From positions 10,544-74,543 of the forward strand of contig JAGLWM010000003.1 in assembly GCA_023133415.1 (NCBI GenBank): 64,000 bases of DNA. Reading direction: 5' to 3'. The translations under genes were made by a program, and so were the position numbers. Shown one piece after another: positions 26,903 through 35,614 of this stretch (within the stretch, counting starts at the first letter, position 1; each line of letters begins with the position of its first letter). This DNA comes from Candidatus Pacearchaeota archaeon. Lineage in GTDB: Archaea > Nanobdellota > Nanobdellia > Pacearchaeales > GW2011-AR1. The notes under the pieces are model-generated. The model was not told the DNA's origin and ran no database searches. It was given only the letters and a program-made list of their open reading frames with translations.

Positions 26903-27592
26903 ATGTTAAATTATCAATATAGTTATTTGATTGGAGTAGGAATCTTTTTTATTATTTGGCTTGCGCTATTCTTGTATAGAAAAAAATTTAGAAAAGAAAT
27001 GTTAACAATGAGTATTATTATAGCTCCACTAGGTCCAATTTCTCAACTTTTTTATCTTAGAGATTATTGGAATCCAATTTATCTTCTGACTATTTTCAAC
27101 ATAGGAATAGAGGATATTCTGTTTAGTTTTTTAATTGGAGGAATTGCATCCGTCATTTATGAAGAATTTTTTATTAAAAAATTTAAAAGAACAAAAAAAG
27201 AATCAGGCAATAATGTAATTATATTAGCCATAATAGGAATGGTATTCTTCATTGTTTTAAATCTAATTTTTAAAATAAATTCTATTTATGCCAGTTCAAT
27301 TGGTTTTCTAATTATTGCTTCGGTAATTTTATTCAAAAGAAAAGACTTAATAAAAAATGCAATAGTAAGTGGAATTTTGGTAACTTTTATTATGTTTATT
27401 TTCTATTCAATTTATACTACAATCTTTCCTAATATCATACAAGACTGGTGGCAATTGGAAAAAATATCTAGAATTTTGATTCTAGGAATTCCAATTGAAG
27501 AATTACTTTGGGGATTTACATGGGGATTTTTAGCGGGTCCATTATATGAGTTTTGGCAAGGCAAAAGGGAGGTAGAAGAAATCTATGAATAA
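26903..27592 (+). CDS. Polytopic membrane protein with lycopene-cyclase-domain-like motifs
   Basis: Two hPhE[DE] motifs (IGIEDILF, IPIEELLW) in a hydrophobic protein, as in CrtYc/CrtYd domains. Tentative. Confidence 0.45.
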   Translation: MLNYQYSYLIGVGIFFIIWLALFLYRKKFRKEMLTMSIIIAPLGPISQLFYLRDYWNPIYLLTIFNIGIEDILFSFLIGGIASVIYEEFFIKKFKRTKKESGNNVIILAIIGMVFFIVLNLIFKINSIYASSIGFLIIASVILFKRKDLIKNAIVSGILVTFIMFIFYSIYTTIFPNIIQDWWQLEKISRILILGIPIEELLWGFTWGFLAGPLYEFWQGKREVEEIYE

Positions 27593-28700
27593 AAAATTCT
27601 GGGCAACAACCTTCACGCTAACAGGCACAATCATCGGAGCCGGAATCCTCGGTCTCCCATACGTCTTCGCAAAATCCGGTTTCCTAATCGGCGTTTTCTG
27701 GCTAATCATCATCGGAGCCATCATGCTCTTTGTGAACCTGACCCTAGCAGAAATAACTCTTCGCACAAGAGGCAAACACCAACTCACGGGCTACGCAGAA
27801 AAATACCTCGGAATCTGGGGCAAACGCCTTATGTTCTCAGCCGTCCTCTTCGGAATCTACTCCGCCCTTCTCGCCTACCTTATCGGAGAAGGTCAATCCC
27901 TATCAAAACTAATACCGGGCAACACATCTCCAATTTTCTTCGCAGTATTTTTCTGGATCATCATGACGCTCCTCTTAAGACGAGGACTCAAAGGCTTAAA
28001 GCGAGTTGAAACATGGGGCGTCATAGCAGTCGTCATAATCATCTTCGGCATCTTCATAAAGTTCGTTCCCTTAATCCACGCAGGCCACCTTACAGCATTC
28101 GACACACAAAACTTCACTCTGCCAATCGGAGTCATATTGTTCGCCCTTCTTGGCTTTACTTCAATTCCCGAACTACGAAAAGAAATCAGAGGACAGGAAT
28201 ATCTCTTCAAAAAAGCAGTCATAATCGGCTCAATCCTTCCAGTAATCCTCTACATCATCTTCTCCGCAACCTTCGTCGGCGTCCTCGGAAAACAAATCAC
28301 CCAAATCGCAACCCTCTCATTCGGCCCACTAATCACAATCCTCGGTATCTTCACAATGTTCACCTCTTACTTTGTCCTCTCGTACTCCCTCCGATCCACA
28401 TTCAAATACGACTTCAAACTTTCCAAAAACAAAAACTTCTTTTTAACCTCTCTAATCCCACTCGCCCTCTACATCCTAACAACCCAATTCGAAATCGTAA
28501 CATTCACACTCATCCTAGGAATCGGCGGTGTCATCTCCGGCGGATTAACTGGCGGTCTAATTCTCCTCATAGCAAAACAATCCAAATCCTCAAAACGAAG
28601 CAATAAAGAACCAGAAATCCGAATGCCAATTAACTGGCCAATCATAATCATCATATCAACCCTATTCGCAACAGGCATCGTCCTCGAGCTCATGCACTGA
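27585..28700 (+). CDS. Amino-acid permease (Aa_trans / Trp-Tyr permease-like)
   Basis: About 11 hydrophobic segments and an N-terminal GTIIGAGILGLPYVFAKSG. Confidence 0.75.
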   Translation: MNKKFWATTFTLTGTIIGAGILGLPYVFAKSGFLIGVFWLIIIGAIMLFVNLTLAEITLRTRGKHQLTGYAEKYLGIWGKRLMFSAVLFGIYSALLAYLIGEGQSLSKLIPGNTSPIFFAVFFWIIMTLLLRRGLKGLKRVETWGVIAVVIIIFGIFIKFVPLIHAGHLTAFDTQNFTLPIGVILFALLGFTSIPELRKEIRGQEYLFKKAVIIGSILPVILYIIFSATFVGVLGKQITQIATLSFGPLITILGIFTMFTSYFVLSYSLRSTFKYDFKLSKNKNFFLTSLIPLALYILTTQFEIVTFTLILGIGGVISGGLTGGLILLIAKQSKSSKRSNKEPEIRMPINWPIIIIISTLFATGIVLELMH

Positions 28701-28826
28701 ACATCACTCAAAGACACACCGCCAAATCAAACTAAAGACTTAAATACCCTTCCAATCTTTTAATTTAAAGAACGAGAACACAAATGAATATTCTATTAAA
28801 ATTACTAAATAACACAGGAGGAAAAT

Positions 28827-29321
28827 ATGAAATTATATGTAGGAAATTTACCATGGTCGGTTGATGAAAGTAAGCTAAAAGAAATCTTCTCTTCATTCGG
28901 GAACATCACAGAAGCTGTTTTAATCAAAGACAAATTTTCAGGCAGATCTAAAGGATTCGGATTCATAACTTTCGAAAATGATGAGGAAGCTCAAAAAGCA
29001 ATCTCTGAAATGCACGAAAAAGATGTTGAGGGACGACCTCTAACAGTAAGCGAGGCAAAACCAATGGTTCCACGAGATAACGCTCCACGAGCAAAATATT
29101 CAAGTGAAAGCTCAGAAGCGCCAATCGCGAACCCAGCTGAAATAGTTAACGAAAACTCTGAAACTGAAACGACAGAAGAAGAAATCGAAACAGTTGAAGA
29201 AGCAAAGGAAAATGCTAATTCAGACGAACCAGCAACTGAAGAAGCAACTGAAGCAGAAGAATCCAGCGAATCAGAAGAGATCGCTGAAGAGGAAGCTGAA
29301 AAGAAAACTAAACCTGAATAA
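28827..29321 (+). CDS. RRM-domain RNA-binding protein with acidic tail
   Basis: RNP-2 LYVGNL and RNP-1 KGFGFITF motifs, with an E/S/T-rich C-terminal half. AGGAGG lies 5 nt upstream of the ATG. Confidence 0.8.
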   Translation: MKLYVGNLPWSVDESKLKEIFSSFGNITEAVLIKDKFSGRSKGFGFITFENDEEAQKAISEMHEKDVEGRPLTVSEAKPMVPRDNAPRAKYSSESSEAPIANPAEIVNENSETETTEEEIETVEEAKENANSDEPATEEATEAEESSESEEIAEEEAEKKTKPE

Positions 29322-29396
29322 GCCCAAATAAACTTAAATTAATTTTTTTTATTAAATCTTAAATAAATTTAAATAATGCCCCTCTCATAATATAAC

Positions 29397-30734
29397 ATGG
29401 AAAAAAGAGGGGCAACAATATTTTTACTAATTTCACTAATTTCACTTCTCCAGGTAAGTGCAATAAGTCTCTGCGAAAACGAAGTTAATAAAACTAATAT
29501 CGAAATAATAAAAATAACGAACGATCAAAACAAATGGATATGGACAACAGGAGACGAAGTAGAAGTCAACGTAGAAGTAGAAAACAAAAATTACTCCCAA
29601 AGAAATTTCAAAATAGAACTATTTTTCTATGATGAAGATGAGCAACTCGAAGAAAACCTAACACAAAACGAATACTTAACAAAAATAGTAAACCTAAACA
29701 AAACAGAAACACAAATAGTAAACTTTACTTTCAAAATAAACGACATACCAACTAACACATACTTCCTTTACGCAAGACTAACAGACGAAAACAACGAATC
29801 AATTTGCACAAGTCTCAAAGCCGAAACAGAAGATAATAAAATTAATATAACACTAATAAGAGAAGAAAGACTAGTCACCATAAGAAAAATCACCGGTCCC
29901 ACAATAATAACACCAGGCTCACACGCAGAATACACAGTCGAAATAATAAACCTCGGTAACAGAAAAGAAGACCGAGTTCTAGCAATAATATATAACGCAA
30001 ACTTCGGGCTAAGAGAAGAAAAAGAAATACTAAATTTAGAAATCGAACAAACCAAAAACGTAACATTTGATCTAACCATTCCAGAAAACATCACAACCAC
30101 ACAAGAAACAATCCTTTTCGGAATAGAATTCAACTATAATAACAAAACCGAACGCTACCAAAAAGAATCCGAAAAAAACAAAATCTTCATACTAGAAATA
30201 ACCCCCCTACTCCTAAACAAAACATTAGAACAACAAAACCAGTCAGAGCAACAAAACCAATCCCAGCCAACAACAATCCAAAATAATTCCAACTCTGACC
30301 TATCACTTCCAGACCTTCCATATCTCTGGATAATCATAGCCGTCGTCCTGATAATCGCAATAATCACTGCAATCTTCTTTTTCCTCATAAAAAGAAAAAT
30401 ACCACAAACCACAGACAAACAGTTGCCAAAAAATAAGGTCAATGAATACCTAAAAAGAATAAACATCAAAACACAAAAAGAACCCCAAATCCCTAAGATT
30501 CCCAGCCTTCCAGACAAACCTTCCGAAAATTACATCGCGAACACCAATATCCCTCAGACTTCTCAAAATCCTCCTCAACCGCCTCGTTACTCGGCACATC
30601 CCGAAGCAACTTCTTCATCCCCAAAACCGATTCCCGCAAAACCTGCCTCACCTCCTCCAGCCTCTCCGAATCAACCTCAAACGAATCAACCTTCCCCTCA
30701 GTCCCCAAACCCAAATAAAACATCTTCGCCGTAA
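29397..30734 (+). CDS. Secreted or membrane-anchored surface protein (CARDB-like repeats, many N-x-S/T sequons)
   Basis: Signal peptide, two beta-sandwich-like regions, TM helix LWIIIAVVLIIAIITAIFFFLI and a P/Q/S-rich tail. The tail is antisense to the next gene. Confidence 0.6.
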   Translation: MEKRGATIFLLISLISLLQVSAISLCENEVNKTNIEIIKITNDQNKWIWTTGDEVEVNVEVENKNYSQRNFKIELFFYDEDEQLEENLTQNEYLTKIVNLNKTETQIVNFTFKINDIPTNTYFLYARLTDENNESICTSLKAETEDNKINITLIREERLVTIRKITGPTIITPGSHAEYTVEIINLGNRKEDRVLAIIYNANFGLREEKEILNLEIEQTKNVTFDLTIPENITTTQETILFGIEFNYNNKTERYQKESEKNKIFILEITPLLLNKTLEQQNQSEQQNQSQPTTIQNNSNSDLSLPDLPYLWIIIAVVLIIAIITAIFFFLIKRKIPQTTDKQLPKNKVNEYLKRINIKTQKEPQIPKIPSLPDKPSENYIANTNIPQTSQNPPQPPRYSAHPEATSSSPKPIPAKPASPPPASPNQPQTNQPSPQSPNPNKTSSP

Positions 30735-31413
30735 TATTTTCAGCCGGTATACCAAACTTCTCCGCAACATAAAGCGCATACAAACCCAACTGCAACTCAT
30801 AATCAGCCTTTCTCTCACCCCCAGTCTTCCAATCATACAGAATAACCTTATTCCCAACCCTCATCGCAAAATCTATACTAAGGTATACCTGTGTACCCTC
30901 AAAATCAAAACTCAAAAAATCCTCCAACGTAATCCAATCCTCAACCGGCGTTTGCCGAATCTCCATAAAAATATCCGAATTAAAAAAATTAGTCAAACAA
31001 GTCTCCGCCTTCTTCATCAACTCACCTCTCTCCTCATCACTAATATCAATCCCATACTCATCCTCAAAAAACCGATGCGCCTTACTCATAAAACCCGTAT
31101 ACTCTTTCAACCTCGAAATCTCAAAATCCGAATCAAACCTTTTTCTCAAAATCGCCAACGCATGACTTAAACTGATATCTTCACCAACCCGAAACTTTCT
31201 CAAAACAAACTCAATCACCTCATGAACAATGCTCCCAACCCAAACCTCCTTCGTCGCCAACTTCTTCAAATAATAAATTCGCTTAACCCTATCATCCTCC
31301 GCCGCAATCCACCCATTCCAAAACCCATAATGATTAAAAAAATACTTCCGCCGACACTCTTTAAACAAACCATCCCGCGATTTCGACCACGAAAACTCAT
31401 TTCTAAAAACCAT
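30493..31413 (-). CDS. PD-(D/E)XK nuclease with Cas4-like Fe-S cysteines
   Basis: N-terminal Cys (FKECRRKY), LSIDF...ILYDWKTG core, LQLGLYALY (QxxxY) and C-terminal CSRCNFRKVC. Confidence 0.7.
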   Translation of the reverse strand: MVFRNEFSWSKSRDGLFKECRRKYFFNHYGFWNGWIAAEDDRVKRIYYLKKLATKEVWVGSIVHEVIEFVLRKFRVGEDISLSHALAILRKRFDSDFEISRLKEYTGFMSKAHRFFEDEYGIDISDEERGELMKKAETCLTNFFNSDIFMEIRQTPVEDWITLEDFLSFDFEGTQVYLSIDFAMRVGNKVILYDWKTGGERKADYELQLGLYALYVAEKFGIPAENITAKMFYLGLGTEGKVDSFEVDSERLEEVRQVLRESVLGMKKLLRDVPSNEAVEEDFEKSEGYWCSRCNFRKVCLEGWES

Positions 31414-31452
31414 TCTTAACCAAAGAATCCCAAACTTATAATACTTCTTATC

Positions 31453-31617
31453 CTATCCCAGTCTCCTAATCAAAACACCCAAGGCAAAAAGAATCAAAAC
31501 CGCAGGAATCCAAGGAAAATCAAAATGATAAGAAATCCAACCTATCTCCTTCCCAAACCAAATCACACCAAAAATCAAAACAACACTCCAAAAAACCGAT
31601 AACTCTTTTCTTCCCAT
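31453..31617 (-). CDS. Small 2-TM membrane protein (54 aa)
   Basis: Own translation MGRKELSVFWSVVLIFGVIWFGKEIGWISYHFDFPWIPAVLILFALGVLIRRLG. TTTTATAAA lies about 25 nt upstream on the minus strand. Confidence 0.4.
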   Translation of the reverse strand: MGRKELSVFWSVVLIFGVIWFGKEIGWISYHFDFPWIPAVLILFALGVLIRRLG

Positions 31618-31693
31618 ACAACACAATAGAAATCAAACTTTATAAAATAATCGCTACCACCAACCTTTTATACTCCATTTTCCAAATAAACCT

Positions 31694-31933
31694 ATGGCAA
31701 AAACAAAAAAAAGCGATGCAGAAATCGACATTAAAATTAAAAACGTCGATAAACTAGTTAAAGCAGAAAAAATGAGATATCAACACTCCGGCCACTTCTG
31801 GATCTTCGGCTCAGCACTCGCAATGATTCTTTCCTACGAAAGAAGCGCATCAATCTTATGGACAATCCTCCACGGAATCTTCAGCTGGTTCTATATTCTT
31901 TTTAGAGCAATGCAAACTTGGGGCTGGTTTTAA
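31694..31933 (+). CDS. Small membrane protein
   Basis: Two hydrophobic segments (FWIFGSALAMILS, ILHGIFSWFYILF). Confidence 0.45.
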   Translation: MAKTKKSDAEIDIKIKNVDKLVKAEKMRYQHSGHFWIFGSALAMILSYERSASILWTILHGIFSWFYILFRAMQTWGWF

Positions 31934-32017
31934 TTAATATAATTTCTTGAACTTCCCACACAACTCCAAATCTAGACCTTACTAAACCAACGCGACACCA
32001 CATCTGAAGGACTTGGG

Positions 32018-32046
32018 GCGCGAACTAGCGCACTAAGCGCGCACAA
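32018..32046. repeat. GCGCGAACT-type motif, third variant copy
   Basis: GGCGCGAACTAGCGCACTAAGCGCGCACAA lies just 3' of gatB and is related to the heads at 15333 and 44364. Confidence 0.4.
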
Positions 32047-32061
32047 TACTCACTTCCTATC

Positions 32062-33477
32062 TTATTCGCCTTCAATCAAACCCCTCATAACCTCAGTCAC
32101 AATCTTAAAATCAGCCCGCCTCTCAGACAACCTCATCACCGCCCCAATCAAATAATTCAACGACGCATCCTTCCCAGATTTATATTCCTCAACAACATGC
32201 GCATTCTCATCAATCACCTGCTGACACAAATTCTCAACTGCCTCTCTTGAAATACTCCCAATCTCCTCCTCATGATCCTTCAAACTAAAACTCTTCGGCA
32301 CAAAATCATTCATAATCTGCTTCGCCTTCAAAACTGTAATCTCTTTCTTCTCAACCGCTCTAATCAACTCCCCCAAATGCTCAGGCAAAATCTCAACATC
32401 CTCATCCTCAAGCGTCTTCTTATTATAATTCAAAACCCTCAACAACTCAATCGTCACCCAACTCATATTCTTCTTCACATCAATCCCAAACTCAACCAAT
32501 TTTTCAAAAAACTCAACCAATTCCAAATTCCTCGTCAAAATCTTCGCATCCTTTTCACCAACCTCATACTTCTTCAACAACCTCTCCAACTTAACCTCAG
32601 GCATCTCCGGCATCTCTTTCTTTATCTCACTAACCATCTTCTTATCAATTTTCATCACAGGCAAATCCGGATCAGGAATAAACCGATAATCACTCGCACC
32701 CTCCTTTGACCGCATCTTCACCGTCTTTCCTAACTTCTCATCAAACGCCAACGTATCTCGCTTCTGTTCAATCCCCTTCTCAAAATTCTCAACCTGCCGC
32801 GCAATCTCATAATCAATCGCCTTCCTAATCTTCTCCAAACTATTCAAATTCTTCATCTCAACCCTCTCGCCATAAGTCGAAACATTCACATCAACCTTAA
32901 TCCCAGCATTCTTTCGCACCGCCTTAATATAACTCAAACTTAAAACCAGACCTTTCAACCACTCAATAACCTGTTCCGAATTACTAAACTCTGGCTCCGT
33001 CACAATCTCGACCAAGGGCAAACCACTCCGATTATAATTAATTCGCCCCGTCTCAGGATTCCATTGCGCAGGATCCTCTTCAAGATGCAACTCAGTCAAA
33101 TTAATTCCTTTAAATTTCCCCCCAACAGCATTCGTCGTCGCGTGCGCCCCGGAAATCGTCGTCTGATACCCCTTCGGATTATCTGCCCAATCATAATGCT
33201 TCCTCTGCCAAATCAAATTATCATAATTAATCCTAGACCTAGAAACCAACGCAATCTGTACCATCTTTTTCACAGCCTCAACATTCGGCGCCATCGGTTT
33301 CGACCCCGGCGTCCCCGTACAAATCGGACAAATCCTAGAATTAGGCATATCTTCCGACCCTCCGACCACCAAACCCCGATCACCCGAAACCAGACACATA
33401 CAAAATAATTTCTCCCGAGTATCAAGATACCCATGAATTTCCAAACCAATCTTCACCGGAAATGTTTTTTCTGCCAT
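32062..33477 (-). CDS. gatB: Asp/Glu-tRNA amidotransferase subunit B
   Basis: FPVKIGLEIHGYL, LHLEEDPAQW and NRSGLPLVEIVTEPEF motifs, with a helical C-terminal tail domain. Confidence 0.9.
   Translation of the reverse strand: MAEKTFPVKIGLEIHGYLDTREKLFCMCLVSGDRGLVVGGSEDMPNSRICPICTGTPGSKPMAPNVEAVKKMVQIALVSRSRINYDNLIWQRKHYDWADNPKGYQTTISGAHATTNAVGGKFKGINLTELHLEEDPAQWNPETGRINYNRSGLPLVEIVTEPEFSNSEQVIEWLKGLVLSLSYIKAVRKNAGIKVDVNVSTYGERVEMKNLNSLEKIRKAIDYEIARQVENFEKGIEQKRDTLAFDEKLGKTVKMRSKEGASDYRFIPDPDLPVMKIDKKMVSEIKKEMPEMPEVKLERLLKKYEVGEKDAKILTRNLELVEFFEKLVEFGIDVKKNMSWVTIELLRVLNYNKKTLEDEDVEILPEHLGELIRAVEKKEITVLKAKQIMNDFVPKSFSLKDHEEEIGSISREAVENLCQQVIDENAHVVEEYKSGKDASLNYLIGAVMRLSERRADFKIVTEVMRGLIEGE
33354..33391. 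repeat. Degenerate CGAC-type tract inside gatB
   Basis: CCGACCCTCCGACCACCAAACCCCGATCACCCGAAACC encodes part of the extended loop SGDRGLVVGGSE. CGA spacing is 8, 14 and 8 nt rather than a clean 7. Confidence 0.35.
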
Positions 33478-33930
33478 ACCCAACTTTAGAACTCCTCATT
33501 TATTAATCTAACTAACCAAACCGATAAACAGATACTATATTTTTTATTTTAATCCGTATTCGCTTAAAAAAATTAATAACCCTAATCATCATCAAAAATT
33601 CGAATTAAAATATCCTCTCCATTTATTGTATTAATATCTTACAGCATTTTGCCCAACAATCTCCATCGTTCCTGTCAAAAGAATTACCCAAATGGACGAA
33701 CCAGCAACACAGGAACCAGACACTCTTTTTTATAAATAATTTGTATCCGCGTTTAATGTTTCACCCGAACGAGACACGCCATTCCTATCAACCTCAGAAC
33801 AATCGAATTCTATCACCATCCGCCCTTGAACAAGGAAAATTTTCATAAAAAGTAATCGCTCAACGCGTGATTGCCCTTTTTTAGTACTTCGTTTCTAGTT
33901 AGATCCGAAAATTAAACTTTACTCTTATAC

Positions 33931-35205
33931 TTAAATACATACGGCCTCAACATAATAATACTTATTATAATAACCTGGATAATTAGCCTGAAATTCTCCA
34001 GTACATTTATCTAACCCATCTCGCTTGACTAAAAACCACCATGTATAACTGTTAAGACTCTCACTATTCATCATAATAGTATACCAAAATGTACCATCTT
34101 GGTAATTAGGATAGCCTGAATAAGGATCATGCGACCAACCACAATTTATTACTGTTTTACCTGCGGGACAAATAGCACTAACAGTTGTAAGTTGGTTATA
34201 TTTAGCATAAACTCGATTATACACTCTACTTACAGTGTTACTATTAGCGCAATCCCAATTATCAGATCCCGATTTCTTTAATATCTGCCCGGTTGAGCAG
34301 ATGGCTCCATCCGGCATTAATTCGCCATAAAAAAGCACATCGTCGTCGGCTCTGATATCGGTCGTTGCCCTCAAGTTGCCGGCGATATCTAATTTATAGC
34401 TTGGTGTGGAATCTCCGATGCCAACATTCCCGGAATTATAATAAACATTTGTCCCGCTTTTTGTCCAGACAGAAGTCCCACTCGACGGACAATTCGTCCC
34501 ATCTTTACGGCAAACCTTGTTACCATCCGCTCCACCACCAGAATAAAGACCTCCATCAGCCCTTAGATGTTTGTTAATGTAAACTGGCTTACTACCATAA
34601 CTTCTAATCCAAGTAGAATCAGACATATACCACCCCCCGCCGTAGGATTGACTATACCATCCCGTTTTACCACTTGTTCGGAGCCATGAATCAACAAGGA
34701 GACTATCCTTAATCCTCACATGTCCATTGTCAGCACTTCCGTCATTCTTAATACCATTACGAGCCATAATTGTATTCTTAAAATATGGCGTACCGCCAGA
34801 AACATAGAGGCCATTAGGAATTACAATATATGAACCGCCACTATAAATATATGGATTAGCTGCCGACAATTTTAAACTCCCATTGACTTCTAATTTTTGA
34901 ATTGGACTACTTATCCCAATCCCAACATTCCCAGAAGTATAATAAACATTTGTTCCGGTTTTTGTCCAGACAGAACTTTCGCCGACACCCGCATCAACAC
35001 AACTCCAACCACTTCCGCTCCATCCCAAAACCTGTCCATCGCTGCAACCACTCGGAGGAGCAACTTGAGTTATCAAATGCCCCGGATTTGGAGCAACTCC
35101 AGGCGTCAAAGCATAAACCGCAACCGTCGACAAAACCACTAATCCAATCACAATAAAAACATAAAACAACTTATTCGACAAATTAACCTGAACTCTCTTC
35201 ACCAT
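33931..35205 (-). CDS. Surface protein with tail-fibre-like repeats
   Basis: N-terminal TM helix and two copies of VWTK[TS]GTNVYY[TN]SGNVGIG (DNA repeat about 34419-34478 and 34919-34978). Cys-rich C-terminal domain. Confidence 0.6.
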   Translation of the reverse strand: MVKRVQVNLSNKLFYVFIVIGLVVLSTVAVYALTPGVAPNPGHLITQVAPPSGCSDGQVLGWSGSGWSCVDAGVGESSVWTKTGTNVYYTSGNVGIGISSPIQKLEVNGSLKLSAANPYIYSGGSYIVIPNGLYVSGGTPYFKNTIMARNGIKNDGSADNGHVRIKDSLLVDSWLRTSGKTGWYSQSYGGGWYMSDSTWIRSYGSKPVYINKHLRADGGLYSGGGADGNKVCRKDGTNCPSSGTSVWTKSGTNVYYNSGNVGIGDSTPSYKLDIAGNLRATTDIRADDDVLFYGELMPDGAICSTGQILKKSGSDNWDCANSNTVSRVYNRVYAKYNQLTTVSAICPAGKTVINCGWSHDPYSGYPNYQDGTFWYTIMMNSESLNSYTWWFLVKRDGLDKCTGEFQANYPGYYNKYYYVEAVCI

Positions 35206-35254
35206 ACAAACTAATAATAACCATTATTTATAAATATTTGTGGCTACACAAGTT

Positions 35255-35542
35255 TTACTCAGCCTGAGGAGCCTGCTGTAAACATTCCACATCAATTATA
35301 TTCACTGTCTGATTATCCACAAATACCGACACCGCTTCACAACTACTAGATACTTTTTGAATTACTTGAAGCACTGCACTCTTATATCCATAATCAGCTC
35401 CCTCCTGAAAAACACTCAACTCTCGGGCAGACTTGGCCTCAAAATATTTATCAACAGCGATATATCCAACCGCAAAAATCAAAAGACCAACTAAAATCCA
35501 AAAATACATTTTTTGTTTATTTCTCATCTTCAAACTCACCAT
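35255..35542 (-). CDS. Small membrane-anchored protein
   Basis: One TM helix (YFWILVGLLIFAVGYIAV). Lies upstream of the surface-protein gene. Confidence 0.45.
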   Translation of the reverse strand: MVSLKMRNKQKMYFWILVGLLIFAVGYIAVDKYFEAKSARELSVFQEGADYGYKSAVLQVIQKVSSSCEAVSVFVDNQTVNIIDVECLQQAPQAE

Positions 35543-35614
35543 AACAAATACACTAATACATTATTTATAAATATTGTTCCAAACATTTTTATATCTTCCC
35601 GAACTATTTATTAT

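Noticed and set aside
30493-31413. The Cas4-like nuclease as evidence for a CRISPR-Cas system.
   Set aside because: There are no repeats, spacers or other cas genes in the window. Solo Cas4-family nucleases are common.
35513-35614. N-terminal extensions of the gatD ORF (from 35513) and gatE ORF (from 37134).
   Set aside because: The extensions overlap neighbouring minus-strand genes and are low-complexity. The conserved protein starts align with the internal ATGs at 35615 and 37209.
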